Shown here one piece after another: positions 1-10,091 of a stretch of 64,000 nucleotides of DNA (position 1 is the first letter of the stretch; the number at the start of each line of letters is the position of its first letter). The position numbers were made by a program, and so were the translations under genes. The stretch spans positions 1,981 through 65,980 of the forward strand of contig CALVDI010000006.1 of the NCBI GenBank assembly GCA_944326225.1, written 5' to 3'. Under the pieces are notes generated by a model, which saw nothing but the letters and a program-made list of their open reading frames with translations, had not been told where the DNA came from and made no database searches. The stretch is from an uncultured Bacteroidales bacterium. Its GTDB lineage: Bacteria; Bacteroidota; Bacteroidia; Bacteroidales; UBA932.

Positions 1-478
1 CTTTCCGGCTGCCTTCCACTTCCCCGTACAGGCGGAGAATGCCGGCCAGGGTCTCCTCGTCATAGCTGTTGAGGATGTCCGCCGCATTCTTCCCGGAGGA
101 GGTGTTCATCCTCATATCCAGTTCCGTGTCAAAACGGAACGAGAATCCTCTTTCCGGAGTGTCGAACTGATGGGAGGATACACCGAGATCAGCGAGAATG
201 CCGTCAACGCCATCGTGCCCCAGCAGCCTTATGTAGTTGTGAATAAAGCGGAAGTTGGCTCTAATAGCAGTGATTCTGCTGTCTTTGGGGGCATTGGCTA
301 TGGCATCGCTGTCCTGGTCGAACGCTATCAGCCGGCCCTGTCCGCCGAGTCTTGCCAGTATGGCACGGCTGTGTCCGCCGCCGCCGAGTGTGGCGTCGAC
401 ATACACTCCGGAGGGAACCACCCCCAGCAGTTCCATGCTTTCGTCAAGCATGACGGGAATATGATAAGACTCAGACAT
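1..478 (-). CDS. rsmH: 16S rRNA (cytosine1402-N4)-methyltransferase RsmH, N-terminal part (runs off window)
   Basis: Hand translation from ATG at 478: MSESYHIPVMLDESMELLGVVPSGVYVDATLGGGGHS..., the RsmH N-terminus with a SAM-binding G-rich loop. Lies directly downstream of mraZ. Confidence 0.85.
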   Translation of the reverse strand, partial: MSESYHIPVMLDESMELLGVVPSGVYVDATLGGGGHSRAILARLGGQGRLIAFDQDSDAIANAPKDSRITAIRANFRFIHNYIRLLGHDGVDGILADLGVSSHQFDTPERGFSFRFDTELDMRMNTSSGKNAADILNSYDEETLAGILRLYGEVEGSRK

Positions 479-488
479 GGCGGACTTG

Positions 489-935
489 TTATCCTAATAT
501 TTTCCTGGCCAGAGCGGCGAATGTTCCCTCGTCCACAAGGGAACTTTCGTAAGTCTCCTTGGCCCATAACTCAATCTTATGGTCGCTGCCGGCGAATATT
601 ACGTCTTTTACGACACCTATGCTGTCCAGCAGCTGGCGCGGAATGGATATTCTGCCCAGTTTTCCGTCCGGCTCTACGACGGCCCTTCCGCTCATGTATC
701 CTCTCCAGAAGAGGGCATGCTCCGGGTTGAAGAAATTGAGCCTGGACTTGATATCCTCCGACTCCCTCTCCCATTCCTCGTATGTGTAGATGTTGAGGCA
801 CGGGGAGAAAAGATCTTTCTTCACGACCAGGCGCACTTGGTGTCCCGACTCCATAAGAGCCTTGAAGGCAGAGGGAAAGACCAGTCTTCCCTTGTCGTCT
901 GTGCGGGCTTTGTATTCACCTATGAACTTGATCAT
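489..935 (-). CDS. mraZ: Transcriptional regulator MraZ
   Basis: MIKFIGEYKARTDDKGRLVFPSAF... plus a second GRISIP repeat, typical of MraZ. Start moved to 935 because a TACTTTTG -7 box lies at 959-966. Confidence 0.9.
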   Translation of the reverse strand: MIKFIGEYKARTDDKGRLVFPSAFKALMESGHQVRLVVKKDLFSPCLNIYTYEEWERESEDIKSRLNFFNPEHALFWRGYMSGRAVVEPDGKLGRISIPRQLLDSIGVVKDVIFAGSDHKIELWAKETYESSLVDEGTFAALARKILG

Positions 936-958
936 CCTGTCGCGAAGTTTATTTCCTG

Positions 959-966
959 CAAAAGTA
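959..966 (-). promoter_or_regulatory. Bacteroidetes -7 promoter box (TACTTTTG) for mraZ
   Basis: Exact TAnnTTTG on the minus strand, 23 nt upstream of the ATG at 935. Confidence 0.5.
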
Positions 967-1030
967 ACGAAAAATCTTACATAATTTTCCACTTTTTTAC
1001 AATTTTTTCCACAATGTCTGAAATATTTTT

Positions 1031-1038
1031 TACATTTG
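1031..1038 (+). promoter_or_regulatory. -7 promoter box (TACATTTG) abutting the M23 peptidase start codon
   Basis: Exact TAnnTTTG only 4 nt before the ATG at 1043. Confidence 0.45.
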
Positions 1039-1042
1039 TACT

Positions 1043-2428
1043 ATGAATTTTCAGGAAATTAAAGATAGAGTGCTGACGGACAGGATGTTTAAGGGTTTCG
1101 TTATAGGAGTGCTGTCCTCTCTTGCAGTCAGCATAATAATACTTCTCGCAGTGACAGTATTCCGGCCATCGCCAGGGCAGGTGCCCGTTGCCGGACAGGA
1201 TGCGGAGGACGTAGATGTCCGGACGCAGCCGCAGAGCGGAGATGGTGAGGAAGATGACGCCGCAGAGTCTCTGACAGACGGAATATACGAGTATGGGGTG
1301 CCGCTTTCCAAGTACCGGAAAGTGGAGGGCAATATACGCAGAGGAGAATTTTTCTCCACTCTGATGACCCGTCTCGGGGCATCTCAGGAAGACATATATG
1401 CTCTGGATGTCAAGTCCAAAGGGGTGTTCGACATGAGGCAGATAAAGGTAGGCTATCACTATCACGCCTATTATCTGCCCGGAGAGCCTGATACTCTGGC
1501 ACAGGTGGTGTACGAGAAAGACAATGCTTCCTACGTGGTGTTCACTCTCGTGGACTCCCTGTCGGTGACTGTCCATGAGAAGGATATTGTCAGCGAGATT
1601 GACTATGTGGAGGTGAGCATTGAGAACTCGTTGTGGCAGGATATCACGGATGCCGGTGCTCCGGCTCTTCTGGCTGTGTCGCTGGCGGATATATATGCCT
1701 GGAGCATTGATTTTTTCGGACTTCAGAAAGGCGACTCATTCAAGGCGGTCTATGAGAGGTCTGTATGTGACGGGGAGATACTCGATGTGGAGCGGGTCCT
1801 GTATGCTGAGTTTGCGCACGGAGACCAGGTGTATAAGTCGTATTGGTTCGATAACGGCAGCGGCAATTATTACTGGAATGAAAAAGGGGAAAGCATGCGG
1901 AAGGCTTTTCTGAAGGCACCTCTGAGCTATACGAGGATAAGTTCCGGATTCACATACAGCAGGAGGCATCCTATCACCAGGAAGGTGCGGCCTCATACCG
2001 GTATTGATTATGCGGCGCCGGCAGGGACTGAGGTGATGAGCATCGGAGACGGAGTCGTGGTGTTCAAGGGTTTCAAGACTGCCGAAGGCAATATGGTGAA
2101 GATCAAGCACAATTCAGTGTATACCTCAGCCTATCTCCATCTCTCGCGATATGGAAAGAACATAAGTGTGGGCCAGAGGGTCAGGCAGGGACAGGTCATA
2201 GGATACGTGGGAAGTACGGGGTACTCTACAGGACCGCATCTTGACTTCCGTATATGGAAGAACGGGACACCTGTCAATCCGCTCAAAATGGAGTCGCCCC
2301 CGGCTGAGCCGCTGGCAGAAAAGGATATGCCGGCATTCATGCAGAGTATGGGGGATTCAGAAAGAGCTGCGGCGAGATTCGAAGCCCGTACGGTGCTGCA
2401 CCGGATGGTGGAGACTGTAAGGCGATAA
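1043..2428 (+). CDS. M23 family metallopeptidase (membrane-anchored)
   Basis: N-terminal TM segment. C-terminal HTGIDYAAPAGTEV ... GSTGYSTGPHLDFRIW motifs of peptidase M23. Confidence 0.85.
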   Translation: MNFQEIKDRVLTDRMFKGFVIGVLSSLAVSIIILLAVTVFRPSPGQVPVAGQDAEDVDVRTQPQSGDGEEDDAAESLTDGIYEYGVPLSKYRKVEGNIRRGEFFSTLMTRLGASQEDIYALDVKSKGVFDMRQIKVGYHYHAYYLPGEPDTLAQVVYEKDNASYVVFTLVDSLSVTVHEKDIVSEIDYVEVSIENSLWQDITDAGAPALLAVSLADIYAWSIDFFGLQKGDSFKAVYERSVCDGEILDVERVLYAEFAHGDQVYKSYWFDNGSGNYYWNEKGESMRKAFLKAPLSYTRISSGFTYSRRHPITRKVRPHTGIDYAAPAGTEVMSIGDGVVVFKGFKTAEGNMVKIKHNSVYTSAYLHLSRYGKNISVGQRVRQGQVIGYVGSTGYSTGPHLDFRIWKNGTPVNPLKMESPPAEPLAEKDMPAFMQSMGDSERAAARFEARTVLHRMVETVRR

Positions 2429-2455
2429 ATATGAGATTGAATTAAAAAATTGTAC

Positions 2456-2463
2456 TATATTTG
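2456..2463 (+). promoter_or_regulatory. -7 promoter box (TATATTTG) for efp
   Basis: Exact TAnnTTTG 29 nt upstream of the ATG at 2493. Confidence 0.5.
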
Positions 2464-2492
2464 CGCTCCAATTACAGAGAAGTTTTTAGTAT

Positions 2493-3059
2493 ATGGCAAC
2501 AACAGCAGATTTCAAAAACGGACTTTATTTCAATTACGAGGGAAAGCCGGTATCCATTATTTGGTTCCAGCATGTGAAGCCGGGGAAAGGCCCTGCTTTC
2601 GTGAAGACAAAATTACGTAATCTTGAGAACGGCAAGATTCTTGACAGGACTTTTACCGCGGGCGAGAAGATTGAGCCCATCAATGTGGAGAGAAGACCTT
2701 ACCAGTACCTGTACAAGGATGACATGGGCTACAACTTTATGCATACGGAGACATACGAGCAGGTCAGCATCCCTGAGGAGATGGTGGAGAACGCCGATCT
2801 TATGAAGGAAGGCCAGTATGTGGAGATGATGTTTCTGGCTGATGAGGAGAAGTGCCTTACCTGCGAGCTTCCTACCTATGTGGAACTCGAGGTCACATAC
2901 ACCGAGCCTGCCGTCAAGGGGGATACTGCTTCCAGCAATGCACTCAAGGCTGCGACACTGGAGACGGGAGCTGAGATCATGGTGCCTCTGTTCATCAATC
3001 AGGGAGACAAGATCCGCGTCAATACAGTAGACAGAAGCTACGGAGAGAGAGTCAAATAG
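2493..3059 (+). CDS. efp: Elongation factor P
   Basis: 188 aa with MATTADFKNGL...VKPGKGPAFVKTKLRNL, the canonical EF-P N-terminus. Confidence 0.95.
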   Translation: MATTADFKNGLYFNYEGKPVSIIWFQHVKPGKGPAFVKTKLRNLENGKILDRTFTAGEKIEPINVERRPYQYLYKDDMGYNFMHTETYEQVSIPEEMVENADLMKEGQYVEMMFLADEEKCLTCELPTYVELEVTYTEPAVKGDTASSNALKAATLETGAEIMVPLFINQGDKIRVNTVDRSYGERVK

Positions 3060-3666
3060 TCCGGGATGCTTTTTTATAGATCAGGGCGAGACCGTCCCTG
3101 ATGGGAAGTATAAGCCTCCTGACCCTCGGGTCGGAGGCTGTTTTGTTGTTGAATCCGATGATGGATGCCGTCTGTCGGTCGGTGTGGCTTCCCGGTTCGG
3201 CCGTCTTGCCGCTCCAGAGTGCGTTGTCTGCCAGTATCCAGCCTCCGGGGCGGACCATGTCGAAGACCTTGTCGTAGTAGGATGAGTATCTGCGTTTGTC
3301 GGCGTCTATGTAGACGATATCGTAGGTCTTGTTCAGCCCTGGAATGATCTCTTCCGCGTCTCCGTGGTGAGCCTTTATCATGTCGGCTCCGGCTATGCTG
3401 AATGCCCTTGAGAATATGTCTGTCATCTCGTCGTCTATCTCGATGGTGTCCAGCACGCCTCCTTCCTTCAGCCCTCTGTACAGGCACAGGGTCGAATATC
3501 CCGTGAACGTGCCGATCTCAAGTATCGCTTCGGGCTTTACCATGAGTGAGAAAGCCTGGAGGAACTCCCCCTGCACTCCGTCGGAGAGCATACGGTAGGA
3601 CTTTGTTCTCAGATGTGTCTCTCTTTCTATGAAAGACAGCGCTTCTTTAAGTTTGTCCGGCTTCAT
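3052..3666 (-). CDS. Class I SAM-dependent O-methyltransferase (caffeoyl-CoA OMT-like)
   Basis: 204 aa. ILEIGTFTGYS SAM motif and IYIDADK, typical of O-methyltransferase family 3. Confidence 0.75.
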   Translation of the reverse strand: MKPDKLKEALSFIERETHLRTKSYRMLSDGVQGEFLQAFSLMVKPEAILEIGTFTGYSTLCLYRGLKEGGVLDTIEIDDEMTDIFSRAFSIAGADMIKAHHGDAEEIIPGLNKTYDIVYIDADKRRYSSYYDKVFDMVRPGGWILADNALWSGKTAEPGSHTDRQTASIIGFNNKTASDPRVRRLILPIRDGLALIYKKASRTI

Positions 3667-3675
3667 ATCAGTCTG

Positions 3676-4899
3676 TCATATATAAAGCAGTCTTGACATA
3701 TTCTCAGGATTGAAGACCTCTGCTGCGGTGCATCGGAGGTCTTCGGCCGTGATGCCGCAGATAAGGTCTGCTGTTTCCGCGTTGCTTATTACCCGGCCGT
3801 AGGTCATCAGGCTCTTGCCCATCGACAGGACCTGTGCCTCACCGTTGTCGGAGGCTATCGCCATCTGTCCCAGCAGTTGCTTTTTTGCACTGTTGAGGGC
3901 TCTTGGCGACAAGGGCGTCTCTCTGAGAGTGCGCAGCTCTTTGTCTATAAGCTCCAGGCATCTGGACACATTGGTCTTCTCGCACCCGAAATATATGGCG
4001 GCTATGCCGGCGTCCGAATACAGGCTGTAGGAGGCGTCCGCACTATAGACCAGGCCGTATCTTTCCCGGAGGGTAAGATTGAGCCTGGAGTTGGCTACCG
4101 GTCCTCCGAGTATGTTGATCAGGAGACTGAGCGGAATCCTGCGGCTGTCATAAGCGGAACAGGCCCGTGCTCCAAGGATGCAGTGTGCCTGATGGCTGTG
4201 CCGCTGGACTGTACGGCTGAACGGAGGATTGAGAGGAAGAAGGTACCGGTCGGGAGTCCCGCAGTCATGCTCCGTTCCGTACTTCAGGCAGTTCCCGCCT
4301 TCAGGAGAGTATTGTGCGAGAGCCTTGCTTACCATCTCCACGGCCCTGCTCTCCTCTATGTCGGCTACGGCGGTGAAAGACATGTTCTCTGACCGGAATC
4401 TTTCGCGATAGTACCGCCAGACAGTCTCCCTGTCCAGCTTTTTCAGATATTTTGACTTGCCCAGAACAGGCATGGAAAGCGGAGTGCCCTCAAATACAGC
4501 CTCCTCGAAGTCATCGTATATCTGTTCTGACGGGGAGTCCCTGTAGGAGCTTATCTCTTCCAGGATGACGCCTCTTTCTTTTTCTATCTCCTTTTCCGGA
4601 AAGATGCATCGGAACGCTATGTCCATCAGCAGTCCTATGGCCTTGCGCAGGTCCTCCTTGAGAACGGTGGCGTGTATCACTGTCTCTTCTTTGGTGGTAT
4701 AGGCGTTGAGCTCTCCGCCGAGTCTCTCGATGTATGAATTGACGGTGCCGGCGCTTCTGGTCTCTGTGCCCTTGAACAGTAGGTGCTCCGTGAAGTGGGC
4801 GAGACCGCCTTGATTCCGGCTCTCATACCTGGTGCCGGTTTTTATGTGCATGGCGCAGTATGCGACAGGGGACGGGCTGCGCTTGAATGCGAACTTCAT
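3676..4899 (-). CDS. M16 family (pitrilysin/insulinase-like) zinc peptidase
   Basis: HFTEHLLFKGT (HxxEH zinc motif) near the N-terminus; 407 aa. Confidence 0.85.
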   Translation of the reverse strand: MKFAFKRSPSPVAYCAMHIKTGTRYESRNQGGLAHFTEHLLFKGTETRSAGTVNSYIERLGGELNAYTTKEETVIHATVLKEDLRKAIGLLMDIAFRCIFPEKEIEKERGVILEEISSYRDSPSEQIYDDFEEAVFEGTPLSMPVLGKSKYLKKLDRETVWRYYRERFRSENMSFTAVADIEESRAVEMVSKALAQYSPEGGNCLKYGTEHDCGTPDRYLLPLNPPFSRTVQRHSHQAHCILGARACSAYDSRRIPLSLLINILGGPVANSRLNLTLRERYGLVYSADASYSLYSDAGIAAIYFGCEKTNVSRCLELIDKELRTLRETPLSPRALNSAKKQLLGQMAIASDNGEAQVLSMGKSLMTYGRVISNAETADLICGITAEDLRCTAAEVFNPENMSRLLYI

Positions 4900-4905
4900 A
4901 TCTGC

Positions 4906-5817
4906 TTATTGTGCTTTGAACTCGGGGGTAATGAGTTTGGAGATGCGTCTGAGGTCTGATTTGAGAAATCCAGGACCTTTTTTAGGGGTGATCCGGTGTC
5001 TTTTGAAGTAGTAAAGTTCATAGGTGTCCGCGCTGATGAGCATCTTGTAGCACCATGAGCCCTTTCCTTCCGAGGGCGGAGCTACGGTGAGCGACACCAG
5101 AGTGCCGGCTGCTGCGTCTTTCATCGCACGGTCGATCTCTTCCTGCGTGACTGTTTCCGCCCTTCCGCGGAAGAGTCTTTCAAAAGTCTGCATGGGCGCC
5201 TTGTAAGCCAGGTCGGAAGAATTGAACAGAATCCTGTTTTTCCTGGATTTGTTGAGAGAGCCCAGATGTATATTACCGTGTCCTAAGGGATATATCCTGC
5301 CGTCAACTATCTTCTGGATGTAGTTCTGTATAATGTTCATATAGGCCGGCAGATATGTGAACACGCGGTCGTTGCCGTCGTCCTCGGGGAACAGGGGGAG
5401 GGCTATGAGCTCCGGCATGGACGACAGGCTCTTGTCGGCTTTCCCGTTGCCTTTAAGGAAGCACACGAACTCCATGACGGGATCGGATGTCCTGCGGTGC
5501 ATCTTGTCGATACGCATGAGGAAATAGTAGCTTGTGTCGGTTTTTATCCTGTCGAACTCTTCCATGCTGCAGAACTCGAAGGGCGAGATGTTCCAGTTTT
5601 CCTCCACGGCGTTGCGGAACAGCAGGTCAGTCATGGAGTTGTCTCCCGAGACCACCACTTTTGTTATGCGGGCGGGAATGTCACCGTAGTACTCTCTGCC
5701 CGAATCTACTTTTTTCTCCTCGAACTGTTTGATTTCCATGTCGATGCCAGGGTTGCTCTGGGCGGATGCGGACATGCATGCGATAAGTGACAGCACTGTG
5801 GCAAGTATCTTTTTCAT
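4906..5817 (-). CDS. Secreted hypothetical protein
   Basis: Signal peptide MKKILATVLSLIACMSASAQ. No motif recognised. Start chosen 23 nt downstream of a TAAATTTG box at 5841-5848. Confidence 0.55.
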   Translation of the reverse strand: MKKILATVLSLIACMSASAQSNPGIDMEIKQFEEKKVDSGREYYGDIPARITKVVVSGDNSMTDLLFRNAVEENWNISPFEFCSMEEFDRIKTDTSYYFLMRIDKMHRRTSDPVMEFVCFLKGNGKADKSLSSMPELIALPLFPEDDGNDRVFTYLPAYMNIIQNYIQKIVDGRIYPLGHGNIHLGSLNKSRKNRILFNSSDLAYKAPMQTFERLFRGRAETVTQEEIDRAMKDAAAGTLVSLTVAPPSEGKGSWCYKMLISADTYELYYFKRHRITPKKGPGFLKSDLRRISKLITPEFKAQ

Positions 5818-5840
5818 CGTATTCGTCAATTAATTTGCTG

Positions 5841-5848
5841 CAAATTTA
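5841..5848 (-). promoter_or_regulatory. -7 promoter box (TAAATTTG) for the 4906-5817 operon
   Basis: Exact TAnnTTTG on the minus strand in the divergent intergenic region. Confidence 0.45.
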
Positions 5849-5859
5849 GATAAATAATT

Positions 5860-5867
5860 TACATTTG
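5860..5867 (+). promoter_or_regulatory. -7 promoter box (TACATTTG) abutting the cmk start codon
   Basis: Exact TAnnTTTG with TTTG 22 nt upstream (5834-5837). Only 4 nt before the ATG at 5872. Confidence 0.5.
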
Positions 5868-5871
5868 TAGT

Positions 5872-6579
5872 ATGACTTCACGCATCATAATAGCCATTGA
5901 CGGATATTCGTCCACCGGCAAGAGTACGTTTGCCAAAGCCATAGCGAAAGAGTTGGGCTACGTGTATATCGATACGGGAGCCATGTACAGGGCCGTGGCG
6001 CTTTTCGCCCTGCGCGGCGGCTGCGTGTCCGGGGATAATGCCGTGGACGAGACCGCGCTCAGGAGGCTGCTTATGGACGGCAGCCCGGTGGATATTTCAT
6101 TCCGGGCATCCGGGCCCGGAGGCGGGAGCGAGACTTGGCTGGACGGGGAGAATGTCGAGAAGGAGATACGAACTTTGGAGATATCAAGGATAGTCAGTCA
6201 TGTGGCGGCACTTCCGTTTGTCCGCGAGTATGTGGACAGGAGGCTCAGGGAGATAGGAGCAGGTAAGGGAGTGGTGATGGACGGCAGGGACATTGGCACA
6301 GCTGTGTTCCCGGATGCGGAGCTCAAGATATTCATGACGGCCAGACCCGAGGTGAGGGCACACCGTCGCTACGAGGAGATGAGCGCGCGCGGACACAGTG
6401 TCTCCTATGAGGATATTCTGGTAAATCTGAGCGAGCGGGACTATATCGACACCCACCGTGAGACAGCCCCTCTGCGTATGGCTGAGGATGCGGTGCTGCT
6501 GGACAACAGTGACATGACTGTGGAGGATCAGCTGGAGTGGTTCCGGGATCTATTGAAGGAACGTAATCTATGCGGGTGA
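5872..6579 (+). CDS. cmk: Cytidylate kinase
   Basis: IIIAIDGYSSTGKSTFAKAIA P-loop and overall CMK layout; 235 aa. Confidence 0.95.
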   Translation: MTSRIIIAIDGYSSTGKSTFAKAIAKELGYVYIDTGAMYRAVALFALRGGCVSGDNAVDETALRRLLMDGSPVDISFRASGPGGGSETWLDGENVEKEIRTLEISRIVSHVAALPFVREYVDRRLREIGAGKGVVMDGRDIGTAVFPDAELKIFMTARPEVRAHRRYEEMSARGHSVSYEDILVNLSERDYIDTHRETAPLRMAEDAVLLDNSDMTVEDQLEWFRDLLKERNLCG

Positions 6580-7436
6580 TTATAGACGGGCATTCGGGGT
6601 GCTGCAGCGGAGTGCGCAGGGCCATATCGGCTGCGGAGGACTATCTGGACGGGCACGGGAGTCTGTATTCGCTCGGGGCGATAGTCCATAACGACGCGGA
6701 GATCCGCCGGCTGGAGCACATAGGACTCAAGACGGTCGGGTACGCGGATTTTCCCTCCCTGAGAGGCTCTACAGTGCTGATACGGGCACATGGTGAGCCG
6801 CCGTCCACTTATAGACTGGCCGAGGCATCCGGGGTAAGCCTCATCGACTGCACCTGCCCGGTAGTGCTTGCACTTCAGAAGAAGATAGCTGCAAAGTATC
6901 TGGAACTCAGCAGTGCCGGCGGTCAGGTGATAATCTTCGGCAAACGCGGACATGCGGAGGTCAACGGTCTGGTAGGGCAGACGGACGGTCATGCCGTGGT
7001 GGTGGAGAGCATGGCGGATCTGGAGGAAAAGCTCTCTGCCGGGGTGATAGAGCCGTCCCGTCCGCTGGCCCTGTTCTCCCAGACCACGAAAGACCCTGAG
7101 GAGTTCGCCGCAGTCGCTGCCCGCCTGCGGCAGGCTGCTTCCGGCCTGGAGGTATTCGATACTATCTGCCGCAATGTCTCATCCCGTCACAAGGCTCTGC
7201 GCGAATTCGCGGTCTCCTGCTCGGTCATCATCTTCGTGTGCGGTCGTGAAAGTTCCAACGGCAAAGTGCTTTTTGATCTTTGCCGCTCTGTCAATCCACG
7301 TTCTTATAAGGTGGAGAGTGCTGAGGAAATCCCGGCCGGCATCTTCCGCCCGGATGACACCGTAGGCATCTGCGGTGCCACTTCAACTACCCGCTGGCAG
7401 CTCGAGAAAGCCGCAGAAAGCATATCCTGTCTTTAA
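6570..7436 (+). CDS. ispH: 4-hydroxy-3-methylbut-2-enyl diphosphate reductase
   Basis: 288 aa. [18 protein letters not shown] motifs (the three Fe-S Cys regions of IspH). Overlaps cmk by 10 nt. Confidence 0.9.
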   Translation: MRVIIDGHSGCCSGVRRAISAAEDYLDGHGSLYSLGAIVHNDAEIRRLEHIGLKTVGYADFPSLRGSTVLIRAHGEPPSTYRLAEASGVSLIDCTCPVVLALQKKIAAKYLELSSAGGQVIIFGKRGHAEVNGLVGQTDGHAVVVESMADLEEKLSAGVIEPSRPLALFSQTTKDPEEFAAVAARLRQAASGLEVFDTICRNVSSRHKALREFAVSCSVIIFVCGRESSNGKVLFDLCRSVNPRSYKVESAEEIPAGIFRPDDTVGICGATSTTRWQLEKAAESISCL

Positions 7437-8182
7437 TTGTCGCGGGGACGGAGGACAGCTTTGCGGAGCTCGAAGTTCTGGCCGAGATACTTTTTCCTTA
7501 CTTCAGGATTGGACGCCAGTTCTTCGGCCGTGCCGCTTTCCAGGATACTGCCCTCGTATAGAAGATATGCCCTGTCTGTGATGGCAAGGGTCTCGTGGAC
7601 GTTGTGGTCGGTGATGATCACGCCTATGTTCTTGAGCTTGAGCTTTGCTATGATGTGCTGGATGTCCTCCACGGCGATGGGGTCAACTCCGGCGAACGGC
7701 TCGTCCAGCAGGATAAACTTGGGGTCTATGGCCAGGGCACGGGCTATCTCGCAGCGGCGCCGTTCGCCTCCGGAGAGCTGTATACCGTAACTCTTCCTGA
7801 CCTTTGCCAGACCGAACTCGTCTATAAGGGATTCGAGTCTGTCCCTGCGCTCCTTTTTGCTGAAATGCGAGAACTCCATGACGGACATGATATTGTTCTC
7901 GACCGACATCTTGCGGAAGACGGATGCCTCCTGTGCCAGATAGCCCAGACCCTTCTGCGCCCTGCGGTACATGGGCAGGTCGGTGATCTCCTCATCGTTG
8001 AGGAATATGCGTCCGGCATTGGGTTTGATGAGGCCGGTTATCATGTAGAAGCTGGTGGTCTTGCCGGCTCCGTTGGGCCCGAGCAGTCCGACTATCTCGC
8101 CCTGCTCTACGTTGATGGATACGCCTTTTACGACTGTTCTGGCTCCGTATTTCTTGACTAAGTTGTCGCTGTAAAGTCTCAT
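7433..8182 (-). CDS. lptB: LPS export ABC transporter ATP-binding protein LptB
   Basis: 249 aa. [12 protein letters not shown] Walker A, LSGGERRR signature, ILLDEPF Walker B; size and C-terminus typical of LptB. Confidence 0.85.
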   Translation of the reverse strand: MRLYSDNLVKKYGARTVVKGVSINVEQGEIVGLLGPNGAGKTTSFYMITGLIKPNAGRIFLNDEEITDLPMYRRAQKGLGYLAQEASVFRKMSVENNIMSVMEFSHFSKKERRDRLESLIDEFGLAKVRKSYGIQLSGGERRRCEIARALAIDPKFILLDEPFAGVDPIAVEDIQHIIAKLKLKNIGVIITDHNVHETLAITDRAYLLYEGSILESGTAEELASNPEVRKKYLGQNFELRKAVLRPRDN

Positions 8183-8191
8183 ATAAATGTG

Positions 8192-9985
8192 CTATTTAAC
8201 GTCCAGGTCCAGGTCTTTTACGAGCTCTCCCAGCTCAGGCTTCTTGTTTACCAGAAACTGGGCTTTCCCGGTGGAAGTGTATGGTATTGCTTTTTTCTTA
8301 TCGCTGTCTTCCGATTCGTGTGTCCGGACATCTATTTTTATTGTTCTGTTATTTAAAGTCCTGCGCAGTGATGCTTCCATCTTTGGCAGATTCCTCTCCC
8401 GGATGAAATCCCGTTGCGCATCATTGCTGACATAAAAAGTCAGTGTCGCACTATCAAGATCTATGCCCGGACTGTAGAGCATCATCGCCGTGTACATGCT
8501 GGCTTTGCCGGCCGCCTTCCAGGATTCGGCCAGACTCTGCCAGGCGTTCATTATGCCCTCGAATGTCAGCGGCTCGTCGGTAAGGTTCTCCGTGCCTGAT
8601 TTTTCAGAATATTCATTCTCCCTGGCCCGGCTCATCATGTCCTTCAGGCTCAGACCCGGTACTTTTATTCCGGAGGCTGTCCCGGCTGCGCGGGGCTGCT
8701 GCGGAGGTGTCTGTGCGGAATCCTCTACAGTGGTCCTGGCGGTTACGGAAGGTCCGGCCGGTGATGACGGTGCCGGCTCTGTCTGAGTGACAGCCGGTGC
8801 AGGAGCCTGGGATACCGTCTGTGCCAGGGTGGCTTTTTCTGCCGCTGAGTGTGCGGATACAGGCGGAGCTGGTGCTGCGTCGGGCTGTTGGGGCAGGGCC
8901 TTCTCGGCCAGCCGCATCAGAGCGAATTCTATGAGCAGCCGCTGGTTGCCGCTCTGGCGGTATGCCGCCTCGCAGCCCATGGTGATGTTCAGGGACGAGA
9001 AGATAAACGGCACGGAGCAGCGCGAGGCCTGTTCCCTGTACCTGTCAATCAGGGTAGGAGGCAGTGAGAGCAGGGCAGAGCTGCCTGAGCTGCGGCATAC
9101 GAGCAGATCCCTCAGGTGCGAGCTCAGGCCCGAGACGAAATACAGGGCATTGAAGCCTTTGGACAGTATCTCGTCGAAAAGCAGCAGGGAGGATATGTAG
9201 TCTCCTGCCAGGGAATTGTCTATGATCTTGAAATAATATTCGTAGTCCAGCACGTTGAGATCCCGGATCACGTCGTCGTACTTCACGTCCTTGCCGCAGA
9301 ATGCCACTATCTGGTCGAATATGGTCAGGGCGTCCCTCATGGCTCCGTCTGCCTTTACGGCTATGACGTGCAGGCTGGCGCTGTCGATGGCTATGCATTC
9401 CTTGGAGGCTATGTCCTCCAGGTTGCGCACTATGTCGGGGACGGATATGCGGTTGAAGTCAAATGTCTGGCAGCGGGACAGGATCGTGGGCAGTATCTTG
9501 TGCTTCTCGGTGGTGGCCAGAATGAAGATGGCGTGGGCCGGCGGCTCTTCCAGGGTCTTCAGAAAGGCGTTGAACGCGGCGGAGGAGAGCATGTGGACCT
9601 CATCGATGATGTAGACGCTGTACTTGCCGATCTGGGGCGGTATGCGGACCATCTCGGTAAGGTTGCGGATGTCGTCCACGGAGTTGTTGGAGGCGGCGTC
9701 CAGCTCATGGATACAGTAGGAGCGGCCCTCGGAGAAGGACAGGCAGGACTCACACTTGCCGCACGGCTCCATGTCGGGACCAGGGTTGAGGCAGTTGATG
9801 GACTTGGCGAAGATCCTGGCAGTGGTGGTCTTGCCGACCCCGCGCGGACCGCAGAAGAGGTATGCGTGGGCCAGCTGCCCGCGCAGGATGGAGTTCTTCA
9901 AGGTCCTGGCGATGTTCTCCTGGCCTATGAGTGACTCGAAAGTGTCCGGTCTGTATTTCCTGGCTGATACTATAAACTGTTCCAT
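8192..9985 (-). CDS. dnaX: DNA polymerase III subunit gamma/tau
   Basis: MEQFIVSARKYRP...GPRGVGKTT...CGKCESC; Pro/Ala-rich linker. Start set at 9985 because a TATATTTG box lies at 10000-10007. Confidence 0.9.
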   Translation of the reverse strand: MEQFIVSARKYRPDTFESLIGQENIARTLKNSILRGQLAHAYLFCGPRGVGKTTTARIFAKSINCLNPGPDMEPCGKCESCLSFSEGRSYCIHELDAASNNSVDDIRNLTEMVRIPPQIGKYSVYIIDEVHMLSSAAFNAFLKTLEEPPAHAIFILATTEKHKILPTILSRCQTFDFNRISVPDIVRNLEDIASKECIAIDSASLHVIAVKADGAMRDALTIFDQIVAFCGKDVKYDDVIRDLNVLDYEYYFKIIDNSLAGDYISSLLLFDEILSKGFNALYFVSGLSSHLRDLLVCRSSGSSALLSLPPTLIDRYREQASRCSVPFIFSSLNITMGCEAAYRQSGNQRLLIEFALMRLAEKALPQQPDAAPAPPVSAHSAAEKATLAQTVSQAPAPAVTQTEPAPSSPAGPSVTARTTVEDSAQTPPQQPRAAGTASGIKVPGLSLKDMMSRARENEYSEKSGTENLTDEPLTFEGIMNAWQSLAESWKAAGKASMYTAMMLYSPGIDLDSATLTFYVSNDAQRDFIRERNLPKMEASLRRTLNNRTIKIDVRTHESEDSDKKKAIPYTSTGKAQFLVNKKPELGELVKDLDLDVK

Positions 9986-9999
9986 AACCGATAATCGTA

Positions 10000-10007
10000 C
10001 AAATATA
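10000..10007 (-). promoter_or_regulatory. -7 promoter box (TATATTTG) for dnaX-lptB
   Basis: Exact TAnnTTTG 14 nt upstream of the ATG at 9985. Confidence 0.5.
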
Positions 10008-10062
10008 GTCACTACTTCCCGAACTCCTGCAAAATTCCTCGCAAATAGGCATTAAAATTGTA

Positions 10063-10070
10063 TATATTTG
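10063..10070 (+). promoter_or_regulatory. -7 promoter box (TATATTTG) for the response regulator
   Basis: Exact TAnnTTTG 21 nt upstream of the ATG at 10092. Confidence 0.5.
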
Positions 10071-10091
10071 CCGATAGTTGATTTTACGGTT

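Noticed and set aside
8192-9985. Programmed -1 frameshift site in dnaX (gamma subunit production, as in E. coli).
   Set aside because: The only A-rich run I noticed (AAG AAA AAA GCA) lies about 30 codons from the C-terminus and is not an in-frame A AAA AAG heptamer, so it cannot generate a gamma-like product.
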